Under the pieces are notes generated by a model. It worked only from the letters and a program-made list of their open reading frames with translations, was not told where the DNA came from and made no database searches. A DNA stretch of 64,000 nucleotides, from positions 52,009,185 through 52,073,184 of the forward strand of contig JARDVH010000106.1 of the NCBI GenBank assembly GCA_030324005.1, in the 5' to 3' direction. A program made the position numbers and the translations under genes. Positions 1-11,199 of this stretch are shown piece by piece (the first letter of the stretch is position 1; every line of letters begins with the position of its first letter). This stretch comes from Negaprion brevirostris (taxonomy: Eukaryota).

Positions 1-80
1 TGCAGCAAGACCTCCCTGCTTTTATACTCCATCCCTCTCGTGATAAAGGCCAACATTCCATTTGCCTTCTTGATCACCTG
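1..80 (-). mobile_element. CR1 LINE RT fragment (decayed)
   Basis: Reverse complement matches the CR1 ORF2 segment 'QVIKKANGMLAFI.RG.EYKSREVLL', also present at about 60000-60060. Confidence 0.75.
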
Positions 81-84
81 CTTG

Positions 85-470
85 ATCATCATAGCATAAG
101 ATTTAAGTTGACCATGGAAAAGGACAAGGAACAATGCAAAGCAGGGGTAATTAATTAGGGAATGCCAACTTCAAAAGAATCAGAATGTATCAGAATCGAG
201 TGAGTCAGAATCAAAAGACAGTGGCTGAACAATGGGTCACCTTCAAAGAAAAAGTGTAACAGACAATGTCAAGATATATTTCCTTCAAGGGGAAAGGTAG
301 GATAAATAAATCCAGAGCAGTTTGGATGATGAGTGCAACAGAGAAGTAAAGATGGAAAGGGATAAGTGCACAAACAGCAGACATCAGGTAAAAAAAAAAT
401 ACATTGGAGAATCAGACTGAATATAGAAGGACCAGAGGGGAAGTGAATAAAATAATAAAATCAAGGAGAA
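85..470 (+). mobile_element. Old CR1 ORF2 fragment (linker between endonuclease and RT)
   Basis: Purine-rich decayed coding sequence (ENQTEYRRTRGEVNKII) resembling CR1 ORF2; contains stops and frameshifts. Confidence 0.5.
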
Positions 471-474
471 AGGA

Positions 475-1108
475 TGAGCATTCTGACAATGTGGAAAATT
501 GCCCACATATGTCCTGTACACAAAAAGTAGGACAAATCAAACCTGACCAATTACCGCCCATTATCAGTCTACTCTCAATCATCAGTAAAATGATGGAGGG
601 GTCATCAACAGTGCTATCAAGCAGCACCTGCTCAGCGATGCCCAGTTTGAATTTCGCCTGGGTCACCCGGATCCTGACTTCATTACAGACTTGGTTAAAA
701 CATGTACAAAAGAGCTGAATTCCAGAAGTGAGGCGAGAGTGACAGCTCTCGATATCAAGGCCGCATTTGACCAAATGAGGCATCAGATAGCCGTAGCAAA
801 ACTGGAATTAATGGGTATCGAGGAAAACTCTCCATTGGTTGGAGTCATACCTGGCATGTGGGAAGGTGGTTGTGGTTGTGGTTGTGAAGGGTCAGTCATC
901 TCAGCTCTAGGACATCTCTGCAGGAGACCCTCAGGGTAGTGTTCAAGACCCAACCATCTTCAGCTGCTTTATCAATGACCTTCCCTCAGTTATAAGGTCA
1001 GAACTGGGATATTCGCTGATGATTGCACAATGTTCAGTACCATTCGCGAATCCTCAGATACTGAAGCAGTCCATGTTCAAATGCAACAGGATCGGGACAA
1101 TATCCAGA
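475..1108 (+). mobile_element. Non-LTR retrotransposon RT fragment (CR1/L2 supergroup; same family as 11200-13510)
   Basis: Frameshifted RT motifs WKIAHICPVHKK, NYRP..ISLLSIISK, ELNSRSEARVTALDIKAAFD, PQGS..PTIFSCFINDL and FADD. Confidence 0.9.
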
Positions 1109-1109
1109 A

Positions 1110-1500
1110 ATATTGGATGAGAGTTTGGGGTTCTTTCCTTGGACAGAAAGCGGCCGAGAGGAAATAGACATACGGACTGGGTGGACAATGAGAAATTCTT
1201 TCCACTGAAGGAAGCATCAATAACTAGAAGGCGCAGATTCAGAATAAATTGATAAAATGAGTAAAGCGAGTGGAGGAAAATAATTTTTACTCAGAGTGGT
1301 TGGCGCCTTCCTGAACAAACTTCCTGAGAGAGTGGTGGAGGCAGGTTTGACCAAGGTATTCAAAAGGGAATTGGAATTGCAATCCAAAAAAAATGTGCAA
1401 GATGATGGGGATAAGGCAGGGGAGTGGGATGAAGTAAAATACTCTTTCAGTGACCCTGTGCAGACTCTCGGGTCAAATGACCTCCTCTTGCAATGTAATG
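1110..1500 (+). mobile_element. CR1 LINE 3' end (old)
   Basis: FTQ-V-NKLPERVVEAG..FKRELE C-terminal motif followed by a CR1-type 3' tail. Confidence 0.75.
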
Positions 1501-1587
1501 ACTTTGGAATTCTGGAAAGGGCTCATTCTGTTTCTTGCAACTTTTATTCCACATTGTACTTGTGAGAAAGCATATTTAAATTCACAA

Positions 1588-1915
1588 CTAGGCTAGGGGA
1601 AAACAAAAACTAGAGGACAGGGGTTAAGGGTGAAGGGGNNNNNNNNNNNNNNNNNNNNNNNNNNNNNNNNNNNNNNNNNNNNNNNNNNNNNNNNNNNNNN
1701 NNNNNNNNNNNNNNNNNNNNNNNNNNNNNNNNNNNNNNGCCCTGCCTGCAGCAGTTGTGGACTCGCCAACTTTAAGGTCGTTCAAATGGTCAGTGGATAG
1801 GCATATGGATAACATTGGAATAGTTTAGGTTAGAGGGGCATTAGATTCGTTCCACTGGTCGGTGCAACATCGAGGGCCGAAGGGCCTGTACTGCGCTGTA
1901 ATGTTCTATGTTCTA
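1588..1915 (+). mobile_element. CR1 LINE 3' end spanning an N-gap
   Basis: LPAAVVDSPTLRSFKWSVDRHMD-like end with tail 'ggccgaagggcctgtactgcgctgtaatgttctatgttcta'. The 5' part resembles 2880-2930. Confidence 0.8.
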
Positions 1916-1974
1916 AAGATACTCAAAGACCTGGCCACCACATCCTTTTTTGTTTTTTCTTTGATAGAGGTGTG

Positions 1975-2596
1975 GATAATGGATGTCACTGGATGGGCCT
2001 GCATATATTGCCCATCCCTAGTTGCCCTTGGAGGGCAGTTGAGAGTCAACCACATCGCTGTGGCTCTGGAGTCACATGTAGGCCAGACCGGGTAAGGACA
2101 GCAGATTCCCTTCCCTAAAGGGACATTAGTGAACCAGATGGGTTTTTGCCACAATAGTTTTGTGGTCACTGTTATGTTTCAATTCCAGATTTAAGATTAA
2201 AAATTATTCATTAAAGGAGGTGATGGCCTAGTGGTATTATCGCTAGACTATTAATCCAGAGACTCAGCTAACGTTCTGGGGGACCTGGATTCGAATCCCA
2301 CCATGGCAGATGGTAGAATTTGAATTCAATAAGAAATATCTGGAATTAAGAATCTACTGATGACCCATTGTCGGAAAAACCCATCTGGTTCCTTCAGGGA
2401 AGGAAATCCGCCATCTTTACCTGGCCTGGCCTACAGTGACTCCAGAGCCACAGCAATGTGGTTGACTCTCAACTGCCCTCGGGCAACTAGGGGTGGGCAA
2501 TAAATGCTGGCCAGCCAGCGACGCCCAAGTTCCATGAATAAAAAAAATTCACTCACTGCCATAATGGACATTGAACCCACAGCCCTAGGGCATTAG
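1975..2596 (-). mobile_element. tRNA-headed SINE (SacSINE1-like; tentative name), split by an opposite-strand copy of itself
   Basis: 1975-2210 is the reverse complement of the body and tail at 2330-2540. The B-box-containing head remnant continues at 2546-2596. Confidence 0.8.
2216..2547 (+). mobile_element. Full-length tRNA-headed SINE
   Basis: A box TGGCCTAGTGG (about 2224), B box GGATTCGAATCC (about 2287), tail 'gggcaataaatgctggccagccagcgacgccc' and an A-rich end. Confidence 0.9.
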
Positions 2597-2855
2597 GAGT
2601 TTACACGTTCTCCACTTGTCTGCGTGGGTTTCCTCCGGGTGCTCTGGTTTCCTCCCACAGTCCAAAGATGTGCAGGTTAGGTTGATTGGCCAGGCTAAAT
2701 TGCCCCTTAGTGCCTTGGGATGCGTAGATTAGAAGGATTAGTGGGGTAAATATGTGGGATTACGGGGATAGGGCCTGGGTGTGATTGCTCGCCAGTGCAG
2801 ACTCGATGGGCCGAATGGCCTCCTTCTGCACTGTAGGGATTCTATGATTGTATGA
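2596..2855 (+). mobile_element. HE1-type V-SINE, 5'-truncated
   Basis: Core 'gtctgcgtgggtttcctccgggtgctctggtttcctcccacagtccaaagatgtgcaggttagg' and CR1-like tail 'gggccgaatggcctcc...ctgtagggattctatg'. Confidence 0.9.
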
Positions 2856-3183
2856 TGAACGCAAACAGACTTTTTCCACTGAGGCTAGGGGAGAAAAAAT
2901 CTAGAGGACATGGGTTAAGGGTGAAGGGGAAAAAGTTTAAAGGGAATATTTAGAGGGGGGGGTTCTTCACACAGAGAGCGGTGGGAGGGTGGAATGAGCT
3001 GCCGGATGAAGTGGTAAATGCGGGCTCACTTTTAACATTTAAGAAAAACTTGGACAGGTACATGGATGAGGGGGGTGTGGAGAGATATGGTCCAGGTGCA
3101 GGTCAGTGGAACTAGGCAGAAAAATGGTTCGGCACAGCCAAGTAGGGCCAGAGGGCCTGTTTCTGTGCTGTAGTGTTCTATGG
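2856..3183 (+). mobile_element. CR1 LINE 3' end
   Basis: FFTQRAVGGWNELPDEVV...FKKNLDRYMD motif and a CR1 tail. Confidence 0.85.
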
Positions 3184-3847
3184 TAGTGTAACTAATTCTA
3201 AAAGGATAAAACTTTAAAATCTAATTTCAGAAACTTTTTAACTCTTTTGTAAAAACTTTTAAAATGTTGAGATGTAACTCTCCTGTTTTTCATTATTCTT
3301 GGCATTTGAGCAACAGCATTATGGCTCCTCAGATACTGCATTTTTAACAAAAAGAGCCATTCCATAAAAACAGTTATAATACTTGGTTAACACCTGATTT
3401 TTATAAACTAATAACTCTGATAAGCAAAGGAACATTCAGTCAATACTGTACAGTCAATAATGTCAAATAAATATTGAGCTATAAGTGATATTGTACAATT
3501 TATAAATTACATGCACAAATGAGCCTAAGCTAAGCCAACAATATAACCAAGAACACTGGATGATTGTGTACAATTCATAAGAGGCATAACCCAAATTCTA
3601 CCTTGAACTAATATGTGAGTGACTTCCAGGTTATGGAAGTCACAAACCTTTTCATTGAAAATAGATAGTTCAACAAAGAACATAAAATTTCTAACATTTG
3701 TTTGCAAGTACAACCACAAAAGACCACAAGTTGTGATGATCAACTGCTTTCGCTTTTGCTGTGCAAAGTAAGGGAAAATATTTTGGGGACATCATTGTAC
3801 CATTTATTCCTGGATTGCTAGCAAGCAAATAGTTAAATGGTCTGAGA

Positions 3848-4093
3848 ATCATAGTATCCTACAGATGGAGGCCATTCAGCCCATTGAGTCTGCACCGATC
3901 ACAATCCCACCCAGGCCCTATCCCCATATTCCATGCACTTAACCTAGCAGTCCCCCTGATACCAAGGGGCAATTTAGCATGGCCAATCCATCTAACCCGC
4001 ACATCTTTGGACTGTGGGAGGAATCTGGAGCACCCGGAAAAAACCAAAGTGGACACAGGGAGAACATGTAAACTCCACATAGACAGTGACTCA
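3848..4093 (-). mobile_element. HE1-type V-SINE
   Basis: Reverse complement of the HE1 core and tail. Confidence 0.9.
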
Positions 4094-4197
4094 TAATGCC
4101 ATTCCAAACACGTCATCTTATTCAGACAATGGCAGTACGTGCCCTCAACATTATTTGGTGCAGCATATGTAGGCCAACCTAATGAGCCCAACTCAAA

Positions 4198-4493
4198 GGT
4201 TTAGTTTACAAGTAGGCTTGCACTAACACTACAAAGAAGTTACTGTGAAAATCCCCTAGTCACCACACTCCAGTGCCTGTTCGTATACACTGAGGAAGAA
4301 TTCAGCATGGCTAACGCACCAAACCTGCACTTCTTTTGGACTGATGGGAGGAAAACTGGAGCACCTGGCGGAAAACCACAGACATGGAGAGAACATGCAG
4401 ATTCCATACAGACAATGACTCAAACCAGGACTCGAACCTGGGTTCCCGGTGCTGTGAGGCAGCAGTGCTAACCACTCTGTCACTGTGCTGCCC
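4198..4493 (-). mobile_element. V-SINE, alternative-tail variant
   Basis: HE1-like tRNA head and core followed by tail 'ggggattttcacagtaacttc...aagcctacttgt'. Confidence 0.85.
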
Positions 4494-5339
4494 TATATAT
4501 TAAATCTTAGCCATCCAAATCAAATACATTTTCCACTTGTGCTGTTGGCACTCAAACAGGAAGATTTCCCCGCTAAACCATCTCAATTGAGTTTGGCCTA
4601 GGGTCCACGCAAACTTGAAAATTCAGTTTTAATGAGACATGCAAACTGCACATCTTTTGTCAGCAAAAGCAGTTAATTTATGTCATTCAATACCTTGGAA
4701 GTAACACTATTAGCAAGAATTTACATTATTCCATCATCAAGTATACCTGGAGTATACCTCTGGCTGTGATGCACACATTACAGTCACATAATATAAGCCA
4801 TCTTTCTTGACCACAGGTTGTGAAATCCAGCAGCAATTTGAAATGGATGAATTCAGAAATTATAGGGTGGTTACAATGGTAATCAGCTGTCTGGGGTGAT
4901 TGAAAATTATAAAGAGGTTGGCCTTCTTTGAGAGAAGTATTGATTTCCAATGTATACATTTTCAAAAGTCAAGTAATTTGCACTTCACTTTTCCTAACTA
5001 GATCAAACTGTCTCTCATCAGCTGCTGAACCTAATTGGAGATGTTTGTTCTTCCCGGCTCCATGCTAATAATCAATTACTTGATGACAGAAGAGTGTTTT
5101 TAGTACCATTTCAAATGTTAGCCTCAAGCAACAGCAGATTAATGGCCAAAACTCCAATAGAATGTCATGAAAATCACAAACTAAGAATAAATATGCTTCA
5201 TCAAATAAAATTCCCAAAGCCCAAAACTGATGTACAGCAACACAGCTGTACCTTACAGTAATGCAACTGTGATGCATGATTAACCATGCCCATTCTTCCA
5301 ATGTAAACAGCATGGAAACTTTATGCAACCCTTTAGTAA

Positions 5340-6065
5340 ACACACCATGCCACAGCAGGAGGGCCGATTCATCTAAGCTAGGACCAATTAAAGCTTGCCT
5401 TCACTCTTAAAGGAAGTGCATTCTGGCTAGAGCACCTAGTCTAAATGGCTGGAGAGAACCATCTGAGCAAGAAGAACGCTGACTAATGGTACAACAAGGC
5501 AAATAGTGTGCTTCAAAGTTTACAGATGCAGCACTGGAAGCCTTGATGCAAGAGATGGACAGGAGGAAAGGTGTTTAATGGTCTCACATGAATGGTCAAG
5601 CCAAATGAATGTATCCTAAAATGCCACACCACACACCTGAACTGCTCGCCTCAGACACTAGTCAACCTACCACACTCCCTTTATTCACTTATTATTAAAG
5701 GCTAACAATCAAAACCCAGCAGGATTTTACAGCCTTGCTTGACCCAAGACTGGAAAATCCTGCCCAAGGTCAACAGATCTTCCCATTGTCTGGTCCGATT
5801 CCTCTGGTGGGCGGGGCAGTAAAATTCCTTAGTGTTCATAGCTTCACCTCATTCTAATGCACTTAACACTGCTGCAAGCCTTACGTTAACACTTTCTAGG
5901 CGGCATAAATTGCCAGCTATTCAACCATGACAGCAACATCATCCAAACAGACTGCCCCACAAATTACTGGTATACCTTTCTCTCTTTTGCAGGACAAGGT
6001 GACACAGACAGAAGCAGCAGTACCTAACCAGCAGGAAACAGTCACATTTGCATGTCGCTGAGTCA
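5340..6065 (+). mobile_element. Decayed PIF/Harbinger-like element with a Myb/SANT-like ORF remnant
   Basis: 5486-5578 translates MVQQGK*CASKFTDAALEALMQEMDRRKGV*, resembling the N-terminal 'RF(S/T)xxELExLxxxV..RR' Myb/SANT-like motif. A strong acceptor follows at 5991-5992. Confidence 0.55.
5715..5830. mobile_element. MITE with GGGC(A/T)GGATTTT-type TIRs (Harbinger-like)
   Basis: Reads 'gcaggattttac...aaaatcctgccc...gtaaaattcc'; homologous to 59715-59841. Confidence 0.65.
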
Positions 6066-6069
6066 AAGA

Positions 6070-6985
6070 GCTCATAGATGTTTACAGCATGGAAACAGGT
6101 CCTTCGGCCAAACTTGTTCATGCCATCCCTTTTCTTAAACCACGAAGCCAGTCACAATTGCCCTCATTTGGCCCATATCCCTCTATACCCATCTTCCCAC
6201 GTAACAGTAATTGTAAACACTTTTTAAAAGACAAAATTATACCTGCCTCTACTACTACTTCTGGCAACTTGTTCCAGACGCTCATCACCTTGTGTGTGAA
6301 AAAATTGCCCCTCTGGAGACTTTTGTATCTCTCTCTTAAACCTATGTTCTCTCGTTTTAGACTCCTCTACCTTTGGGAAAAAATACTGACTGTCTAGCTG
6401 ATCTAGTCCCCTCACTATTTTAAAAACCTCTAACAAGATCACCCCTCAGCCTCCTACACTCCAATCTATCTAGCTTCTCTTCATAACTTAAATCATCAAG
6501 ACCCAACAGCATCCTATTAAATCTTTTCTGCACTCTGAGTTTAATAAATCCTTTCTATAATAGGGTGACCCGAACTGTACACAGTATTCCAAATGTGGTC
6601 TTACCAATGTTATACAGAATCATCACAGAAACCCTAGGGTGCAGAAAGAGGCCATCTGGCCCATCAAGTCTGCACTAACCACAATCCCACCCAGGCCCGA
6701 CCCCCATATCCTGCTTATCCCGCTAACCTATGCATCTCAGGACACTAAGGGGCAATTTTGCCATGGCCAATCAACCTAACCCGCACATCTTTGGACTGTG
6801 GGAGGAAACCAGAGCACCTGGAGGAAACCCACGCAGACACGAGGAGAAGACAATGACCTAAGCCTGGAATTGAACCCACGTCCCTGGAGCTGTGAAGCAG
6901 CACTGCTAACCACTGTGCAAATGTGCTGCCCACGGTACAACTTCAACAAGACATCCCAACTCCAGTATTCAATGTCCTTACCCCC
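6070..6985 (-). mobile_element. CR1 LINE 3' part, interrupted by an HE1 SINE at 6615-6920
   Basis: ORF 6224-6442 (LLEVFKIVRGLD..FFP.VEESKTREHRFK..FF) and IEYWSWDVLLKLY. Confidence 0.85.
6615..6920 (-). mobile_element. HE1-type V-SINE
   Basis: Head, core and tail all present in reverse complement. Confidence 0.9.
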
Positions 6986-7419
6986 ATGGAGGAGACGATG
7001 CTCATCTTTATTGGAACAATCCATTGAATATGAAGTCCACATTATCGAAACCTCTTGCTCACATTCCATTCAACCACTCTCTTTGATTTACTAGCTGCAT
7101 AAGAATAAATTTACTGCTTTTCTTCCACAGTCCTCGTCTTGCGACGCCTTTCTCCTTTCAGAATTTCAACCTGGTTGACCAATGGTGAGGTACGTCAAAT
7201 AGTGATGTTGATGATCACTCAGTCTCACATTCACAATAATCATTTCAGAAACTGGTGCGTACATTAGAAGGTAGTCTACAGGCAGGTTCTACGCATGGTG
7301 AAAAACAAGACATGAGTTATCTACAGTGAAGCTTTTGGGAAAGGGCAGTGTAGGTGTCAGTTTGCTGGGGGATAAAATTGTGCGCGCGCTCTGCTGCAGA
7401 GAATTCAGATGAGCACTTC

Positions 7420-7900
7420 ACTGGGACAAAGTAAAGAAAATGGTTGATGCATATGCACGCAGAAATGCTATGTGAATTGGCAGACTTGCCTGAAAGCTGG
7501 CTTCATGGCTCAGGGGTGTGGTAGAGTCCGACAACAACCTTGCGTAGGGCTTTAAGCAGAGATTGGAAGCCATCCTTTCCAGGGTGGAAGTGGTGGCCAA
7601 CTCCATGAGAACACCAGTAGATCCAACCATGATGGCTGATGTCTCAGCTTTCATTCCAGCACAAGCAGAAGTCACCAACTGTCTAGTTGCTGCACTGGAA
7701 GCGGAGGCTGAAGTAATGCAACACAGCTTGCATGCATGCTCAGATTGTTGCCAACATGGCTGCAGACACCTGTGCACAAAAGCATTTTGCCAGACTGACA
7801 ACAGGTTAGCTATCAGACCTCCAACCAATTACCAGGATTGTTGAGGCAGCACCCTGTGAAGCTGGTAGAGGTCCATGGAGCATGAACCTGCCATCTGCTC
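7420..7900 (+). mobile_element. Decayed coding-like segment, probably the downstream part of the Harbinger-like ORF begun at 5486
   Basis: Coiled-coil-like MEAILSRVEVVANSMRT..VAALEAEAEVMQ; similar composition at 38800-38990. Assignment is inferred. Confidence 0.35.
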
Positions 7901-8839
7901 TCAAAGTGACACCATAGGTCAGAGCTGCACAAGATTGTATCGTAAGGATATCTGCAGTTTGCTCAATTAGATAAATACTCAAGAAGAGAGGTAAAAATAA
8001 ACTATCGTGACTGCTATTACAATGCATTCTTTTGCATTTTGAAGATACGAAGCAGCTGTGCAACACATTAGCAAATGTGCTGACTCGCTCTTTCAGACGG
8101 TCATTATTATTTGACAACAATGTGGACAGAACAATAGGTGAGAGACACTTACAGCGTTACTGATCATTATCTGAATATTTTAGTACATGCTGCAATACTA
8201 TTCTTTAATGTTAAATCCCACTGAGAAACCAAGGTAAAGACTAGTCAATAGCTGAATTGAATAATGAAATCAGCAAGGTAGGTCAAGAAACGATGATTAA
8301 ATGATAACCAGACTTTGATTTATTTAGAGCCGGAAGGTAGCCCGATGAAAGAATGAGGGAGATAAACAATTCCACAGTTTTGAATGTCTTATGGGGGAAA
8401 AAAGAAAGTTATTCTATGGGAGGTGGTGAAACTTGCTTTGTGGAATTATTGAGCCTAACAGTGGAATGCAAATGAATTAATGCACACATGCACAAAGTGA
8501 CAAGATCTCAAAAGTACAATGTTTATAACTGTTCAGATATTAATTTAGTTCCCTTGTATTACTGAACTTGTTTGTGTCCAGACGCTTTTTATGATATCAT
8601 CAACATTCACTATTTAAATTGATGTGCTGTGTAAGGACATGATCCTAAAGATACCACTCAAAAAGCACAAGACTTAGAGAAAATTGATGAGGAAATCCAT
8701 CAAATGCTTGAGGAAAAACAATGGAACACAACAATGTGGGGTTAAAAGCAATACAGGAAGGAAAGGTTGATTGGCTATGCCTCATGTCAAACATGAACAG
8801 CCTCATCAGTGTGGAAGCTGGCAAATGTTATACCATTTT

Positions 8840-9610
8840 TCAAGAAAAGAGGGAGATCCTTGGAGAAATGCTGGAATCTATTATTAAGAATGTCTTAATT
8901 ATGCATTTCAAAAAGCATTGTGTGATTAGAACAATCATCGATGGAGTATAGTATAGGGAAGTGTATTCGCTTTGGTTGTAAGAATAAAAAAGCAGAATTT
9001 TTTTAAAAGGTGAGAAACTAAGTATTGATGTTCAAAAGAGACACTTGGGTGTACTCATTTAAGGAGCACAGAAAGTTAGCATACAAGTACAGTAAGCAAT
9101 TAGGAAGGCAAATGGCATATAACTCTTCAGTGCAAAGGGATTGGAGTACAGGGATAAATACATCCTGTTACAATTGAACAGAGCTTTGGTGATACTACTT
9201 CTGGAGTACTGTGTGCAATTTGGTCTTCACTTTTAAAGGAAGGATATACTTGCATTGGAGGTGGTGCAGTAAAGGTTCACTAAACTGATCCCCATGGAGA
9301 GGAGGTTTTCCTATGCTGACAGATAAAGCAAATTGGATCGATAATTCACTAAAGTCTGGATGAATGAGAAGTGACCTCATTGAAACATTCTAAAGGGGTT
9401 GACAGGGGAGATGCTGAGAAATTGTTTCCACTGGTTGTGGAATCTAAAGCAATCTCAGACTAAGAAGCCAATCATTTAGGACTGAGGTGAGGAGAAAGAT
9501 GAGGGGAGTTGTGATTCTTTGGAGTTCTCTACCCAATGGATTGTGGATGCTCTATCGTTGATTAGATTTGAGGTTGAGGTGGACATTTGGTTTCTCAGAG
9601 AATCAAGTCA
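8840..9610 (+). mobile_element. CR1 LINE ORF2 fragment with internal deletions
   Basis: EMLESIIK; LGVLI; LEYCVQFWSSLLKEGYTCIG-like; CR1 C-terminal motifs. Confidence 0.85.
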
Positions 9611-10007
9611 GGCTGTTTACTGTACAAAAATCAAAGAACATGAATGGCTAATAACTACACCATCTTAAGATGGTTACATTAAAGACTTCAAAAGTACAAT
9701 TGACACAGCAACTTATGCTCTAAACCAAACTTCTTATTTCAACATTCCTTCCCCACCCATTTGACTGATAACCCTAATAACTCAAGTCAGATAATTATCA
9801 AAATTTGGAAAATTAACCATTTGGTCCAAGCACTGTTTCAAAGATCTGTTTCAGAGCTGGGGTGTCATGGGTCCTATCTATTTACTTCTGAGAAGATTGT
9901 CCTTTCAAATCTCCTCTAATCACTTGATGGTTATATACTCATTAAACAGCCTTTGTGTAGCCACTTTGGGATGGCAGTCTCCTGGTCCTAACACAAGTTT
10001 TGTATTT

Positions 10008-10290
10008 TGGGCATAACAGTGACACAGTGGTTAGCACTGTTGCCTCACAGTGCCAGGGACCCAGGTTGAATTCCCGGCTTTGGTCACTGTCTGTGTGGAG
10101 TCTGCTTGTTCTCCCTGTTCTGCATGGATTTCTTCTGGGTGATCCCACAGTCCAAAAGAGTGCTGATTAGGTGCACTGGCCATGCTAAATTCTCCCTCAG
10201 TGTACCCAAATGTGTGTGGATTTTCACAGTAGCTTCACTGCAGTGTTAATGTAAACCGATTTGTGACATTAATAATAAATAAACTAAATC
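10008..10290 (+). mobile_element. V-SINE, alternative-tail variant
   Basis: Head 'cagtggttagcactgttgcctcacag..gggacccaggttgaattccc' and tail 'gattttcacagtagcttcactgcagtgttaatgt'. Confidence 0.85.
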
Positions 10291-11199
10291 TCTCTCCCTC
10301 TTTTCTGAGTTTGGCTATCCCATAAATTTAACTCAATATTAGAATTCCTCCAGTTAAGAAATGGTCAAAACTCTTTTAGCCAGCACAATAACTTTCAAAT
10401 GAACTCTACTAAAACAAGATGTTCCTTGTTTTTCAGCCAGCTTGTTTCAAACCCAAAACTATACAGCTTGAGCACAGAATCACACCCATAATTTATTCAC
10501 CCTGACAATGATCTTATACCGTTGACACTTGGCTATGTTTATCACCACGGGCTTTGCCAGAGTTCCTTCAAAGAAGCTGAGTTCTTAAAGAACCATTCCC
10601 CCAAGAGCACAGAGACTTTCATCCTATACAGGTCTATGCATTCCACATCACTAAAGTATGTGATTGGAGCGCTTCTGAAAACTATTCAACTTTAAGGTCA
10701 GTCAGGCTGTTCCACATGTTTGTGCCAGGTGTGGCAAATTGAAAACCTCAGATAAAATGAGTTAGTTGCATCATAGAATGCAAATGCAGTTTGAATGATG
10801 AGGGCAGGTGGACATATGCCATTCATGATAGATTCTATCCATCTGTGGTCCTTTTCACTTGTCCTGCGAGAAAGTACAGGTTTAACAGGATTCATGCTTG
10901 GTCCAATTATTGCAACAGAAAAAGAAGGCTCAGAACAATTCCTAAAGTTTTTGAGAATCTAAATTACAATAAAAACAAAAAAAGTAGTGTACATTATGAA
11001 TTTGGAATGAATATTTTTACCATGATCATTTAGTTAGCTTATGCATAGTTGATACCCTCTTCCAAGCCTGGATTTATACCCAAAAAACCTGCAAACACAA
11101 CGAGAAACTCCTCTCCTTTGGCAACTTTAACATTTTAATGAAGTTGCCTGTTTCAGCTTAGCATTTCTCCTCTTTCCTATCCCTTTATTTATACCCTCT

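Noticed and set aside
2216-2305. tRNA gene
   Set aside because: A and B boxes are present but belong to a SINE head with extended spacing, followed by SINE body.
4818-4878. Possible + strand micro-exon (cag|GTTGTG...ATG|gtaatc) open in two frames
   Set aside because: The peptides are unrecognisable and no compatible neighbouring exons were found; such signals arise by chance in 64 kb.
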